A DNA stretch of 63,995 nucleotides, counting the filler, from Licmophora abbreviata (Eukaryota): the NCBI GenBank assembly GCA_900291995.1. It is 28 parts of 28 records of this genome, joined end to end, with 100 filler letters (N's around TTAATTAATTAA, not from the genome) between each part and the next. Parts side by side here need not be neighbours in the genome. Positions count along the whole stretch, not along the records: positions 18,497 to 21,371 come from OLMU01005469.1; positions 21,472 to 23,841 come from OLMU01005470.1; positions 23,942 to 25,578 come from OLMU01005471.1; positions 25,679 to 26,770 come from OLMU01005472.1; positions 26,871 to 28,143 come from OLMU01005475.1; positions 28,244 to 30,954 come from OLMU01005479.1; positions 31,055 to 32,277 come from OLMU01005480.1; 21 more parts are not named here. The stretch is one strand, 5' to 3'. The notes beneath the pieces are model-generated. The model ran no database searches. It had not been told where the DNA came from and saw only the letters and a list, made by a program, of their open reading frames with translations. Position numbers and translations under genes: made by a program. This document shows, one piece after another, positions 21,253 to 32,377 of the stretch. Numbering within the stretch: position 1 is the stretch's first letter; each line of letters starts with the position of its first letter.

Positions 21253-23002
21253 ATGGCGAAACGACCAACACATCAGCAGTCAGCCAAACAACCACGACGA
21301 CGACGACGACGACGGCTCGCTGTTGAAATCGGCAGCAACACTTTGCTGTGTTTACTAGTCTTCTTCTTCTTNNNNNNNNNNNNNNNNNNNNNNNNNNNNN
21401 NNNNNNNNNNNNNNNTTAATTAATTAANNNNNNNNNNNNNNNNNNNNNNNNNNNNNNNNNNNNNNNNNNNNACTAGTCTTCTTCTTCTTTGTACTTGTAT
21501 CCTACCCTTCTACGACTGTTGCCAAGGAAATTGAAGTGACCTCTGAATGGACGTTGCTGCAAGAAAATGACACGATCCCGGCAGGTATGCACGTACGAAT
21601 GGATCTCACGACGGGCGAAAAGTGGGTCAAACTGATAGAAGAGGACGACGAACCTACGACTACAGCAGCAGCATCTACCGAGGTGGGAGTGAATGGACCT
21701 GTCACGACCGTGGCAGTCCAGAACGACGAGGAACAGTCCACTCTTGTGGCAGCACAAGAACAGCTCCAAACAGCAGAAGAAGAGTCCTATGACTATGAAA
21801 TGATGCACCGCACACTTTCGAAATTACCGCCGGACGAACAGGAACGCATAGGAGGACTGCCGGAACTTCCTGCTGCTAGTAGCACGCAAAATGATTCCGC
21901 AGTCGATTCCGCAATCGAAAGAAATGCCTTTGAGGCACGCATGAAGGAGATTTGGATACAACGACAGGCGGAATTGCAATTGTTTCAAGAGGAGGCGGTC
22001 GCTGACCTGCCCAGTATTTTGCAGAATCGTATCGAGCGTATTCAGACCTACCTCCGTGATCCACGGATGCACTTGGAAGAGATGGATCTAGAGGAGGAGG
22101 ATGGTGGTGAAACGGACAACCGTCTGACGGATGAGGGGGAGGAGGAGGAATCGTCGTCTTCCTTGACGCACATGGTGACAGTACTGCAGGATCTGGAGTA
22201 TCACTTGAGTGATCTCGACATGGCGAGGGACTTTCATACACTTGGAGGGTGGCCATATCTTGTGTCACTGCTGTCGGATGAAGTGCATGTGGTACAATCT
22301 GGGCAAGAAGCCGACCTTTCGTCTCTGCAAAACAAGAAGATCCATGTCATTCAGGCCCATGCAGCGTGGGTCATGGGGACTGCCGTGAAGAATCATGACG
22401 AATTCTTTGACTATGCCGTGGAAGAGATTGTCATTGGGGACATTGTGGTCACGCCGCTCTCCTTGTTGTTGCAGCAGTGGAGTACTGCCGTGGAGAGTGA
22501 CGATGCTGCTGTTGATGTAGTACAAATGAAGCTTCAAAAGTTCTTGTATGCACTAGGGGCGCTCCTGAGAGGGAATCGGCAGGCGCAGCGACACTTTGTC
22601 GGCATGGGAGGTGTGGAAGTATTGCGATCGAGTCTTGGAGGAGGCACGTTGTATCCAAAGCTGGCCAAGCGGATGCTCGCTCTTGCGGACGATATTGTGA
22701 CGGACGTTGTTCTGCATACAGATCCGGTCGAAATGACGATTGTAGAGGCCTTCTCCGACAAAGCCTGGTGTCATGCAGCAGTCAAGTTGTTGGCGATCCC
22801 CAGTCTCCAGGAGACGGCGCTCCGAACTGTCCAGACGCTCGCTCCGTTTTGTCCATGGAATGGTGACAAGGATGGAGTTCAGCAAGCGATTGCGGCAGTG
22901 AAAGACCACTGGCGCTCAAGAGTGGACGATACGGACCCGGAGCTCTTGCAGGAGCGAATGGATCTGATTGAAGCTACACTGTTGGCTGTAGACAAGGCAT
23001 GA
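21253..23002 (+). CDS. SIL1: SIL1/Fes1-family nucleotide exchange factor for ER Hsp70 (BiP)
   Basis: Signal peptide spans the overlapping gap. TSEWTLLQENDTIPAGMHVRMDLTTGEKWVKL, LEYHLSDLDMARDFHTLGG, AAWVMGTAVKN, and ARM repeats. Confidence 0.88.
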
Positions 23003-23048
23003 TACAAGCCAATATTAGACTGAATTATAAGATGAAACACGCACACTA

Positions 23049-24731
23049 CTATGACACTTTGACTTTGTCGCCGATCAGCACAGAGGCCTCGTGCTTCTCC
23101 ACTCTACCCCTCAGTTCCTTCCAATCACGGTTCGACAATAGACAATGCGCATGTCCCACACCCTTCCAATACAACACATCGACAGAAGCAAAATCATCAC
23201 CATCATCATTACGACACAATTCATTGTGCACTTGGATCTCTTGAAGTACCCTGCGCGCATGAACAATCTCATCGTCTTCCGATAGACAGACTAAGACTTG
23301 CACCTGGGATGGTATTTGATCCATCCAGAGTTCGCTATTGTACCATGCAAAGTGTCTCCGCAAGTAATGTTCCGTACACAGCTCCGAACTTGCCACAATA
23401 TGAATCCTGTTGCGATGCCACCATTCGACCAGCCGGGACAGATTACTACTTTCTCTGGATGTGTCATGATCAAAATCCGTCGTACCATTTTTCGTCGTCA
23501 TTTGCCTGGAATACAAGAAATTGTTCATTACGTCCGGTTCGCTCAATAGTATCGTGACGGGATCAATGAGAACGAGTTGACGAATACGACTGCGCAGCTG
23601 CTTCGAGTGCAAGAGCCACGTCAACGGACACGAGCCGAAGGAGTGTCCAGCAAGTGCAATCCCTTGTTGTTGTTTGGAGCTACTTGCAAGATGCACGTCG
23701 AGCGCTTCTGTAACACCCTCTACTGTTTCCTCCTCCGTGAGCGAGTCAAAGACAAGACGACATGAAATGGGAGGGTTTTCAACAAAAAGACATGTCGGTC
23801 TTGTTTGCACAATCCAAGTCCCCACCATAGCAAGGGGATGTNNNNNNNNNNNNNNNNNNNNNNNNNNNNNNNNNNNNNNNNNNNNTTAATTAATTAANNN
23901 NNNNNNNNNNNNNNNNNNNNNNNNNNNNNNNNNNNNNNNNNCGAGATTGAGTAGGCGGGCCTTTCGTTTTCTCCTTGTCGTCTTGAGTGTTTTACTCGTG
24001 TTCGTTGTAGTACCTGGCGTGCTCCTGCTATTGTGCGACTCCTCCTCACAGTTGACTTCATTGCTGTCCAGAAACACTACATGATAGCGATCCCTCAAAA
24101 TTCCATACATGTACTCGAGTTCTTTCAGCTCCCATTGTAGCAAGTCAACATGGTGCTTTCCATAAAAGGCCCACGACAGGAACTCGTCTGCGTTCTGCCG
24201 CGTAATCTTGGAGGGACGAGCACCGTCGTCTGGAGTCGTAGTGATGGACGATGATACCACAGTCGTCCTGGAAGCAGTGTCCCTTTTCTCTGCATCATCA
24301 GCGTCGTCGTCATCGTCGTCGTCATTGCTACTTACAGAGGTGGTGGAGCAAAAGTCCCAGTCCTCCTCTTTTTGTGTTTCCGTTTGTTCTTTTTCTTCAT
24401 GACAATCCTGCTGATGAAACCATTTTTCCAAAAACTCTTCCAGATACTCATGAAACAATCGGTCACTACGAGCACACGTTCGCTCCATGCGTGCCAAGAT
24501 TCGTAGCAGCAGTTTGTGTCGGTGATGGTGCAAATAGTCACGATAGTCGGCTGGAGTCGTGCGTTGATTGGCGCGGGGAACGAGATGAAATCTGCAAAGG
24601 ACGTGAAAGAGGACTTCGATCGATGCGTAACAACACCAAAAGTAAGGGGAAGAAAGGAAGCTTACTACTATCATTGTCTTGGTGTTTTGGTGGCGAGTGT
24701 TGTTTGTTGTATGTGTTGTAGGGTGCATCAT
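23049..24731 (-). CDS. Alpha/beta-hydrolase-fold protein with N-terminal TM segment (spans gap 23842-23941)
   Basis: Nucleophile elbow LAGHSFGS, LVLIDPV, catalytic-type DEIV and GVGHA. The upstream ORF is on the same strand. Confidence 0.72.
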
Positions 24732-25117
24732 GAGAAGTGTCTGTTTGTAGTTTCAAGTTGACATCATGGTCGTGTCAAAACTCAAAAAGAGTTTGGCGGC
24801 TCGAAGACGTTCCAACGCGTCGTTTGAAAAAGTGTCATTATGACGTCACTCGAGGTATGTAGCCGTTGTGAGAACGTGAGTGTGGCTGAATGATATCTGG
24901 TAGGATCTCGTACATTCTGTACCGGTACAACGTACCTGTCTGTCTGATGTGGGATCGTCCAATTTTGTTTTCAAATTTGGGGCACGACGACCATGGCACC
25001 AACATCACGATGATCATCGACCGCATGGGTTACTCACATAGATCTCAGGGGCAATGCACAAAGGCAGGCGCCACAATGGGAGAAGCCTTTAGCTGATGGG
25101 GGCTAGTCTTCTAAAAT

Positions 25118-26048
25118 ATGCTGACTCAACAAAGAACGCCGATACTTCATCGGAGTCGTGATGGTCAAGTACAACAGTTGAATTCAGAAATAGTACCAGC
25201 AGCAGAGGAGACGGAGCCACTGACAACACATTTTGACGACTCACTGCACAACAAGAAACCGATAGCGGCGACGATTCATCGAAGGACGCTTAGAGTTTCT
25301 CTGACAAGATTCATGCCGTGGACTGTCGTTTCGACTGTAGCGCTGGTAGTCGTGGTGGTGACTGGCGTGTACCGGTATGGCCTTGGATACTACCGCCAAC
25401 AAGAACAACCGTTGCCGGTACTGTTTTCACAATGCGGCATTGATCATATCGTAGAGGGTCGTGACAACAAGAAGACCGCATCTCCCTGTGTACTCTTCAA
25501 TCCCAAGACTTACTTTTCTCATCTCGAATTGTCATCCTCACAAATGCTTCAAAATGCTTCCATGAACGACATCCCCAANNNNNNNNNNNNNNNNNNNNNN
25601 NNNNNNNNNNNNNNNNNNNNNNTTAATTAATTAANNNNNNNNNNNNNNNNNNNNNNNNNNNNNNNNNNNNNNNNNNNNCAATGTCCATGTGGTTCCGCAA
25701 ACGGCATTCTTGTATGGGATGGTGCGGCATGTCGACCGAGATATGGTTGTCGTGGACTATGACCATGGTGGACTCGATGTTGTATTGCAGACATTGGGTG
25801 GTAGTGCTGGTTGTATGGATGAAATTGGTCCTAATTCTACTTCCAGTGCTTTGCACAAGAACAAGCGCACTGAAAAGGAGTTCGGCAGTACGGTGGAGAC
25901 GAAGTTTGGATCCGCACTGAGGGCAACTCAACGGGGCACAACGACAACGTTGCTGAATGAGTCCATTGTAGCGGAGATTTGTGAGCTGTATCGGGTGGAT
26001 GTACAACTGATACAGTATTTGGGTTGGAGAGTGGAGGAGTGTGAATGA
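25118..26048 (+). CDS. Type II membrane protein, possibly sulfotransferase-family-2-like (middle lost in gap)
   Basis: N-terminal TM anchor. C-terminal VPQTAFL...ICELYRVDVQLIQYLG resembles Sulfotransfer_2 C-termini. The PAPS-binding motif is not visible. Confidence 0.4.
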
Positions 26049-27270
26049 GGAATAGAGTAGACTATGGGTAGAGCAACTGGAATTTGTCGGCAGAATCGGT
26101 GAGATCGAGCGCCTCGTACAGGAATCATTGTGGGATGATTAGCGGCTCGAACACGTGTTGGAAGTCACGCAAACTCCAGCCCTCAATCCAGATAATAATA
26201 CTGAGTACTATCTATTGGACGAGATCCATAATGAACATAAAGCTATATGTATGTATTCAACAAGGCTCTCCAGGACGATGGGTGGCATGCGCTATAGATC
26301 ACCCATACAACAATCCGGCGTCTCCATGCAACCTCTTGGCATACGCCCGCATTGGATCGAACCTGGTGCTCCATCTCATGAAACATGTAGTTTGTAGAAG
26401 TAATGTCTCGAACTTGAGCAATTTCGTCTCTTTCAGATTGTAGCGATGTCATTTCAGTTGTCATGAAGGCTGAATGAATTGGTTCCTGTCAGCTTCCGTT
26501 GTTTCATGAATACTTGTCAATACCGTAAGGCGTCGATGTATGTTGTTGCGCACAATCTGCGAGTCAGTTGGAGATGCTGTTTCTGCGGAGAGCTTCTTAA
26601 TCTTGTGACTTGTTTTGGTTTCGAATTCCGCTTCCCGCCGAGCTCTTACCATATTATTCGACATTGATGATGCAGCCTGTCGAGGACTAGCAGGAGAATG
26701 CACTACAGCCAGAGCTTCGCGCCAACGACCGCGTCTTCGAAGCCAGAACTTGCCACGGGTATCCTTGATTNNNNNNNNNNNNNNNNNNNNNNNNNNNNNN
26801 NNNNNNNNNNNNNNTTAATTAATTAANNNNNNNNNNNNNNNNNNNNNNNNNNNNNNNNNNNNNNNNNNNNGAATGTGAACGAGAAATAGAGTAGACTTTT
26901 ACCACTCCCGGTACCGGTGCCGGCACCCTTGGGCAGAGCGAATGGACTTTTGCCGACGGTTCGATTGATTGATTCAGTTTGTATCAGTAGTTGATCGTTA
27001 AAAATACCTACCGTAGGTTCCTAGTAGTTCGATTCAATGTGTTAGTCAGCGCGAAAGCGTGTTTGAAAATCAGATGGGTTATGAGTCAATTAGTACGTTA
27101 CGAGTGGGTCGACTCAACTCGCTCGTATCAAAATCCAAACTGAGGCCTGAAATGGGAAAATCGAAAATCGGGAAATCACAAAATCACTATTGCACACACA
27201 GTGGCCTCCACATGCAGCGATGGCAAACTGCACGGTGTCCTCCTGATCCGCCTCCTCCTCTGCTACCACA

Positions 27271-28767
27271 ATGCCCTCTTCCTCTACTACTGCGAATGCT
27301 TCTGACCCATCCTCACAGGGCTCTGCTTTAAAAAAGCCACGCCGTTATGTTCCCGAGATGCCTTCACCCGAAGTGTTGAAGAAGGCATCCGCCTGTGTGA
27401 GCGATCTCACCGTCTTGCATCAGTCTACGCGTCTCGCCTTTTGCCATCGCTCTTCTTCGTCGTCTTGGCTTGCCCGAGGAACTTCAAGCCTGTATCTTGT
27501 GTTATCAAACAACGGTAGCACACAAGAGTTGGCATTGAATCTTCGAGGAACCTGTCGGGTGAGGAGTGTGACTGTCGAACGCATGCAACGCGCCGCTAGT
27601 GATAGTAGTACTGCTCCTAGTACCTTAGACGCTTCCAGAAACGACGAAGCACTTCCAATGGAAACGGAAGACTCTGTGTGTGCACTTGAAACGCTCTCTT
27701 GCACCTACACACACGACGATCCCCTCACCCACGTCTTGGTCAAGCCCGCGTCGTCCTATACTACGGTCAAGCACGATACTCCCACCTACCATGCCGACTC
27801 GCAGTTGGTACGAGGTGCGACCGGTATGACGAATGGGTTACGGGCTGCAAGTATAGCGAGTCACATGGGAGAATTGAGAATTAGTCTAACACAACACAGT
27901 ATGCAGCAGAGCGGTGATACAAAGAAACACGATGACGAAACACTGTTGCAGCTGACACCTCAACAAGTGGAACAGGCGTGGAAGCAGGAACTGACCGAAT
28001 CGAAGGCGACGGAGGGACAGGTTACCAGCACGCTGCGCACAAAGTTGTACAAGCGATCCGTCAAGACGCGTCAGGCCCGCATTGCATTGATTGCACGTCG
28101 ACTGGCGGAAGCCTCCTGTGGATCATCCGTTGCTGCGGATGATNNNNNNNNNNNNNNNNNNNNNNNNNNNNNNNNNNNNNNNNNNNNTTAATTAATTAAN
28201 NNNNNNNNNNNNNNNNNNNNNNNNNNNNNNNNNNNNNNNNNNNCGAAATTAGTGCCTTCTGTCGGCGTGTGTGCCTACGACAGTCAGTTGAGAGTTACCT
28301 TACTCTCTCTTTGGCAGTGGGTCTGGCCCAAGGGATGCGTGGCTGCTCTTCGAGTCCAGGCGTGGAAGCCGCTCAGGGGAACGCAGCGGTACCACGAACT
28401 TGGCGCGCATCTAGTCATGCAGATCACGGACGAAGAGAAGGAAGCCGCAATGGCAGAGGAGGCAAGTCTCGCGGAAATTGATAAGGCGGTCGCAAATGAG
28501 CTTGATCGACAACGATGGCGAGGGGAAATGGCGACGAACGCGTACAGGTACTACAGGGAGGACTCGGCGTCGGCGATCAAAGATGCGTCAGGTCCTACGG
28601 AACAAGGCATTGGCCAGCCTCTGCCCCCGATTCAACGGGACAACGCGTTCAAACAGGGAGGCTGGGTCGCCTCAGCTGCTCAGCAAAGGCGCGCTCTTGC
28701 GCTCGATGGTGGTCATGCAGTCAAGAAGATCAGATTTACAGTAAAGGCGAGCAGCGGTGCCGACTAG
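27271..28767 (+). CDS. Probable TFIID subunit TAF2-like gene; only N- and C-terminal fragments flank the gap
   Basis: LTVLHQSTRLAF...LALNLRGTCRVRSVTV resembles the TAF2 N-terminus. The fragment after the gap continues on the same strand. Confidence 0.45.
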
Positions 28768-28858
28768 TGAGAAGACATTGGCACTACTTTGCGGACCATT
28801 CTGTAAGCTTGAGACGATGAATAATATCCTTTTTCATCCAAGGCTTCTAGGTTTCGTT

Positions 28859-30703
28859 TCATCTCTGTTTCTTTCCCGTGTCCTTTGTTAGCATACCCGC
28901 CAGCGAATACCCAATCCCAGCGCATGTCAATGCCGTCGGTCCCGAAAGAGTAGTAGGAAAGACGGAAGCGTCACACACTCGTAGTCCAAGCATGTCCCGA
29001 ACTCGGAGGGACGAATCCACCACCCATTCCTCGTTACATTGTGTCTCCATTGCGCAAGTTCCACAGTAATGAAAATATGGAACGCAAGTTCCACGGCAAA
29101 AGTATCGAAACCACGCGGGGCAATCACTCTGGTTACCGTAGTCTCTCTTTTTTAAGAATCCAAGCGGGAGCTCCAGGCACATGGGAGATAGGATCGGTGT
29201 GAGCGAGTTGGAAAAAAAACGCCATCCCTTCCACAACGCTTCTATATCTCTTTCATCGTTCAAGTAACCCACGTCCACGACAACGTCGACATCTCGTCTT
29301 TGCAAAGTACTAGGGTCCGAGCGTCCTCTCTTCCGACGAACCGCCACAGACCCAGAGGACGCAGGACTGAGCAGAACCAGATTCATGCACAGCGTACACC
29401 GACTGAGAATGAAACGCAAGGGCGCAACTTTGAAAAGCAATCTCAACGATACTCGGACACCAGCAGAGACAATAACAGACATTGCGTTCAAAACAGGAAC
29501 AAGTATGCTCCAGAAAGACCGTGTCGACTTCTTCTGGAAACGATACCGAAACAAGGATGCCGTCATCTGAGGCACCACCTGAGCATAGACTCCAGCATCA
29601 TTCAGCATGACTTGGTATCGGTTCTTTTCGACACGAAAGTACGCCAGACCCGAAACTCCGCTGGGTGATGGCTGCACTCTGTTTGTTCTTTGTTCTGTCG
29701 GTGATTTGAGCATGACACGGGGTACCAGGACGTGGTCTACAAGTTGTCTTCCCACACCCGCAACGGAGCCGGGAACACGAGGCTCAATTTCCATTCGTTG
29801 TAGGTCTCCGTGGTGTCCGATTCCACTGGTGAGCAGCAGAGCAGGCGTTTCAATGGCTCCCGCACAAAGAATCACATCGCGGCGCGCAAAAATAATGGTG
29901 GTTTCGAGCAGTTGTCTGTCTTGCTTGTTGGTGTGCTTTGCAGTACGGATGAATTCAACTCCTCGAACGACTTGCGTTCCATGTTCGTCATTGTTTTTTG
30001 CAAAAATCAAACGTTGCGCTTCTGCTCCCATAATCCATGTAATGGGGTGTGAACTCATCAGTAGAGGTTTCACGAGAGCCTCGTAGTAATTCATTCGAAT
30101 ACTGTCTCCTTTGTCGTTTACGGATGTCGACGTCGGAATACCATGAACGACCGAAGGAAAGGTCGTTTCTCTCCAAAGACTGTCATCCAAGGTGGATGAT
30201 TCTGATTCCTCCTTCTCTAGCCGAACGGTAGTACTATTATTAAGCTGCAGTGCTCCATTTGCATACATGACATCTTGTATCGTAGAAACAGACTCCAACA
30301 GCATCTCCTTGCTGCTGTCCGGCCACGATTCAAAATCCTCTCGACACGGCGGCGTGCACAGACAGGCATGAATGTTGGTCGTCCCTCCGCGTCCTTGTCC
30401 GACGGGTGTCGTGAAGAGTCTGCGTGTCAAATGAGTAGAAGACTCGAACAAGCGCAGGCTTGAATTCTCGTGGTGCGAAGCATGACACCACGAAGCGGGT
30501 GAACGAGTACTAGTACTGCTGCTGCCGCGTTCGACAATGGCAATCGAAGGAGGAGGACCATCTTTGTCGTCGGGTTTTAAAACCAAAAGTCCATACAGTA
30601 GGCCCATTGCTGATGCGCCGGCTCCCACAATGATATAATCATAGACGAGTGAGTCGTCTGTGGTCCCCATGGATGCACCGCTGTTTTTGTGCCGGGTCGT
30701 CAT
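28859..30703 (-). CDS. GMC-family flavoprotein oxidoreductase
   Basis: YDYIIVGAGASA, GQGRGGTTNIHA, VILCAGAIETPALLLTSGIG, VGRQLVDH, YFHYCGTCAM, VVDSSLRV..GLRVCDASVFP. Confidence 0.92.
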   Translation of the reverse strand: MTTRHKNSGASMGTTDDSLVYDYIIVGAGASAMGLLYGLLVLKPDDKDGPPPSIAIVERGSSSTSTRSPASWCHASHHENSSLRLFESSTHLTRRLFTTPVGQGRGGTTNIHACLCTPPCREDFESWPDSSKEMLLESVSTIQDVMYANGALQLNNSTTVRLEKEESESSTLDDSLWRETTFPSVVHGIPTSTSVNDKGDSIRMNYYEALVKPLLMSSHPITWIMGAEAQRLIFAKNNDEHGTQVVRGVEFIRTAKHTNKQDRQLLETTIIFARRDVILCAGAIETPALLLTSGIGHHGDLQRMEIEPRVPGSVAGVGRQLVDHVLVPRVMLKSPTEQRTNRVQPSPSGVSGLAYFRVEKNRYQVMLNDAGVYAQVVPQMTASLFRYRFQKKSTRSFWSILVPVLNAMSVIVSAGVRVSLRLLFKVAPLRFILSRCTLCMNLVLLSPASSGSVAVRRKRGRSDPSTLQRRDVDVVVDVGYLNDERDIEALWKGWRFFSNSLTPILSPMCLELPLGFLKKRDYGNQSDCPAWFRYFCRGTCVPYFHYCGTCAMETQCNEEWVVDSSLRVRDMLGLRVCDASVFPTTLSGPTALTCAGIGYSLAGMLTKDTGKKQR

Positions 30704-31054
30704 TGTGGTCAGTCACTTGTCGCTTTCGAGTAAACACCTGGTAGCTACTACTAGTATGATACAGTACTCTCTTTATCATGTCATCATCATCATTGTAAGT
30801 TTTGGCAGTTTCTATCCCTAGTCAGGATGTGTATGGTGTGTGAGAGAGCATCCCCAACTCTGCGATGTAGAGGTCGGCGGCGGCAACAGGACAGCGGCTC
30901 CATGCTCAAGTCGCCATCTTCTTGTGGGGATCCAACGTCGCGCCGAGCTTCGTGNNNNNNNNNNNNNNNNNNNNNNNNNNNNNNNNNNNNNNNNNNNNTT
31001 AATTAATTAANNNNNNNNNNNNNNNNNNNNNNNNNNNNNNNNNNNNNNNNNNNN

Positions 31055-31604
31055 GTTGAAGGTCCCAATCGTGTTCACGTGCAGAGTCTTGCTGAATTCG
31101 TCCAAGGGGTGGGGTATTCGAAGGTTTGAATCTTTCTTTTGGGAAAGGGTTTTGCGAGCGATGGCGAGTCCGGCGCAGCTGACGGCTGTGTTCACTAACC
31201 GGGACGAGACCGAGTGTGTTCAGAAAGAGAAAATAAGCAGAGTGTCAATCGATTGTCAGATAGCTCGTAGATATTCAATATGAAGCAATCGATCTCATGA
31301 TACAAGAGCTACCTGATTCACCAAACTGCTCTTCCACCATATCCAGAGCCGCTTTCACTTGAGCTTCGTCGGTGACGTCCGTCTCGCAAAAGGCCAGAAC
31401 TGGTCGTTCCTCGTCAAAAGGACGGATTTTAGCCGCTTCGGCACACGCCATTGCAGCAAGTCGAGCAAAATTGTCTTTTTGATGTCCCAAGTCAGCCACA
31501 ACGACACGACCGCCATTCCGAACCAAGTACGCAGCTGTGGCAGCTCCCAGGCCAGAGCACCCTCCCGTCACAAGGCCTACGACGTGAGACAAGGACGCCA
31601 TCAT
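31055..31604 (-). CDS. Short-chain dehydrogenase, 3-hydroxyacyl-CoA dehydrogenase type 2 (HSD17B10-like); intron 31195-31312; 3' truncated
   Basis: LVTGGCSGLGAATA, TDVTDEAQV, spliced VNTAVSCAGLA...PHPLDEFSKTLHVNTIGTFN. Confidence 0.88.
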
Positions 31605-32377
31605 GGATCAGAATGCGCAACGACGCGATGAGAGCAAAAGATGTGACATCACGACATCACCTTGTCAGAAGTTGGTATTCTGTCCGTCTGCCCTCAAAAC
31701 AGCGTTTCTCGCGCATGGCGTCTTTTCTTGGCCACCGCCATCTTCAATCTTTTTTGTCGCCTGTCATGATGAGTCGAGTCACGAGGAAGTCAACCGTCAT
31801 CACGCGGTTGGCACCGCTTTTCTCGTTCGTCCCGACGGTCCGGCGTGCAGAAGGCGCGGCGGCACTCGGATGAAGGCGAGTGGCCGTCGCATGAGCTAAT
31901 GAGTCTAGTCTTGGCTGAGTGGGAAATTAGGCTTTACTAGCGGGCTGGTGAATGCCTTGTCCCAAACCCAAGTTACTCGTGACTGAAATTATGTTGTTGA
32001 GATGCACGCCTGTCAGCTAGCTATTTTACATATTCCCTCGACTGAATAACGTTAAAAACTCAATCTGTCCTTTCCGAAATGTATATAACACTTGTATACA
32101 GCACTGAATATCTAGTTTTGGGCGCTCGTTGTTCGCCAACAATCTTTCCGTTGTTGAGCTCACATTTTGGTCGGTTCGTTGCACCTTTTATCGTCTCGCA
32201 TAGCCGCATTCATCTTCATCATCACTCCATCGCGAGATTGGAAGAGTGATCGTTCTTCTTTTCCGTTAAACATGAGGNNNNNNNNNNNNNNNNNNNNNNN
32301 NNNNNNNNNNNNNNNNNNNNNTTAATTAATTAANNNNNNNNNNNNNNNNNNNNNNNNNNNNNNNNNNNNNNNNNNNN

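Noticed and set aside
26084..26770. Several short ORFs on both strands
   Set aside because: No recognisable motif; at most the 3' tail of a gene lost in the gap.
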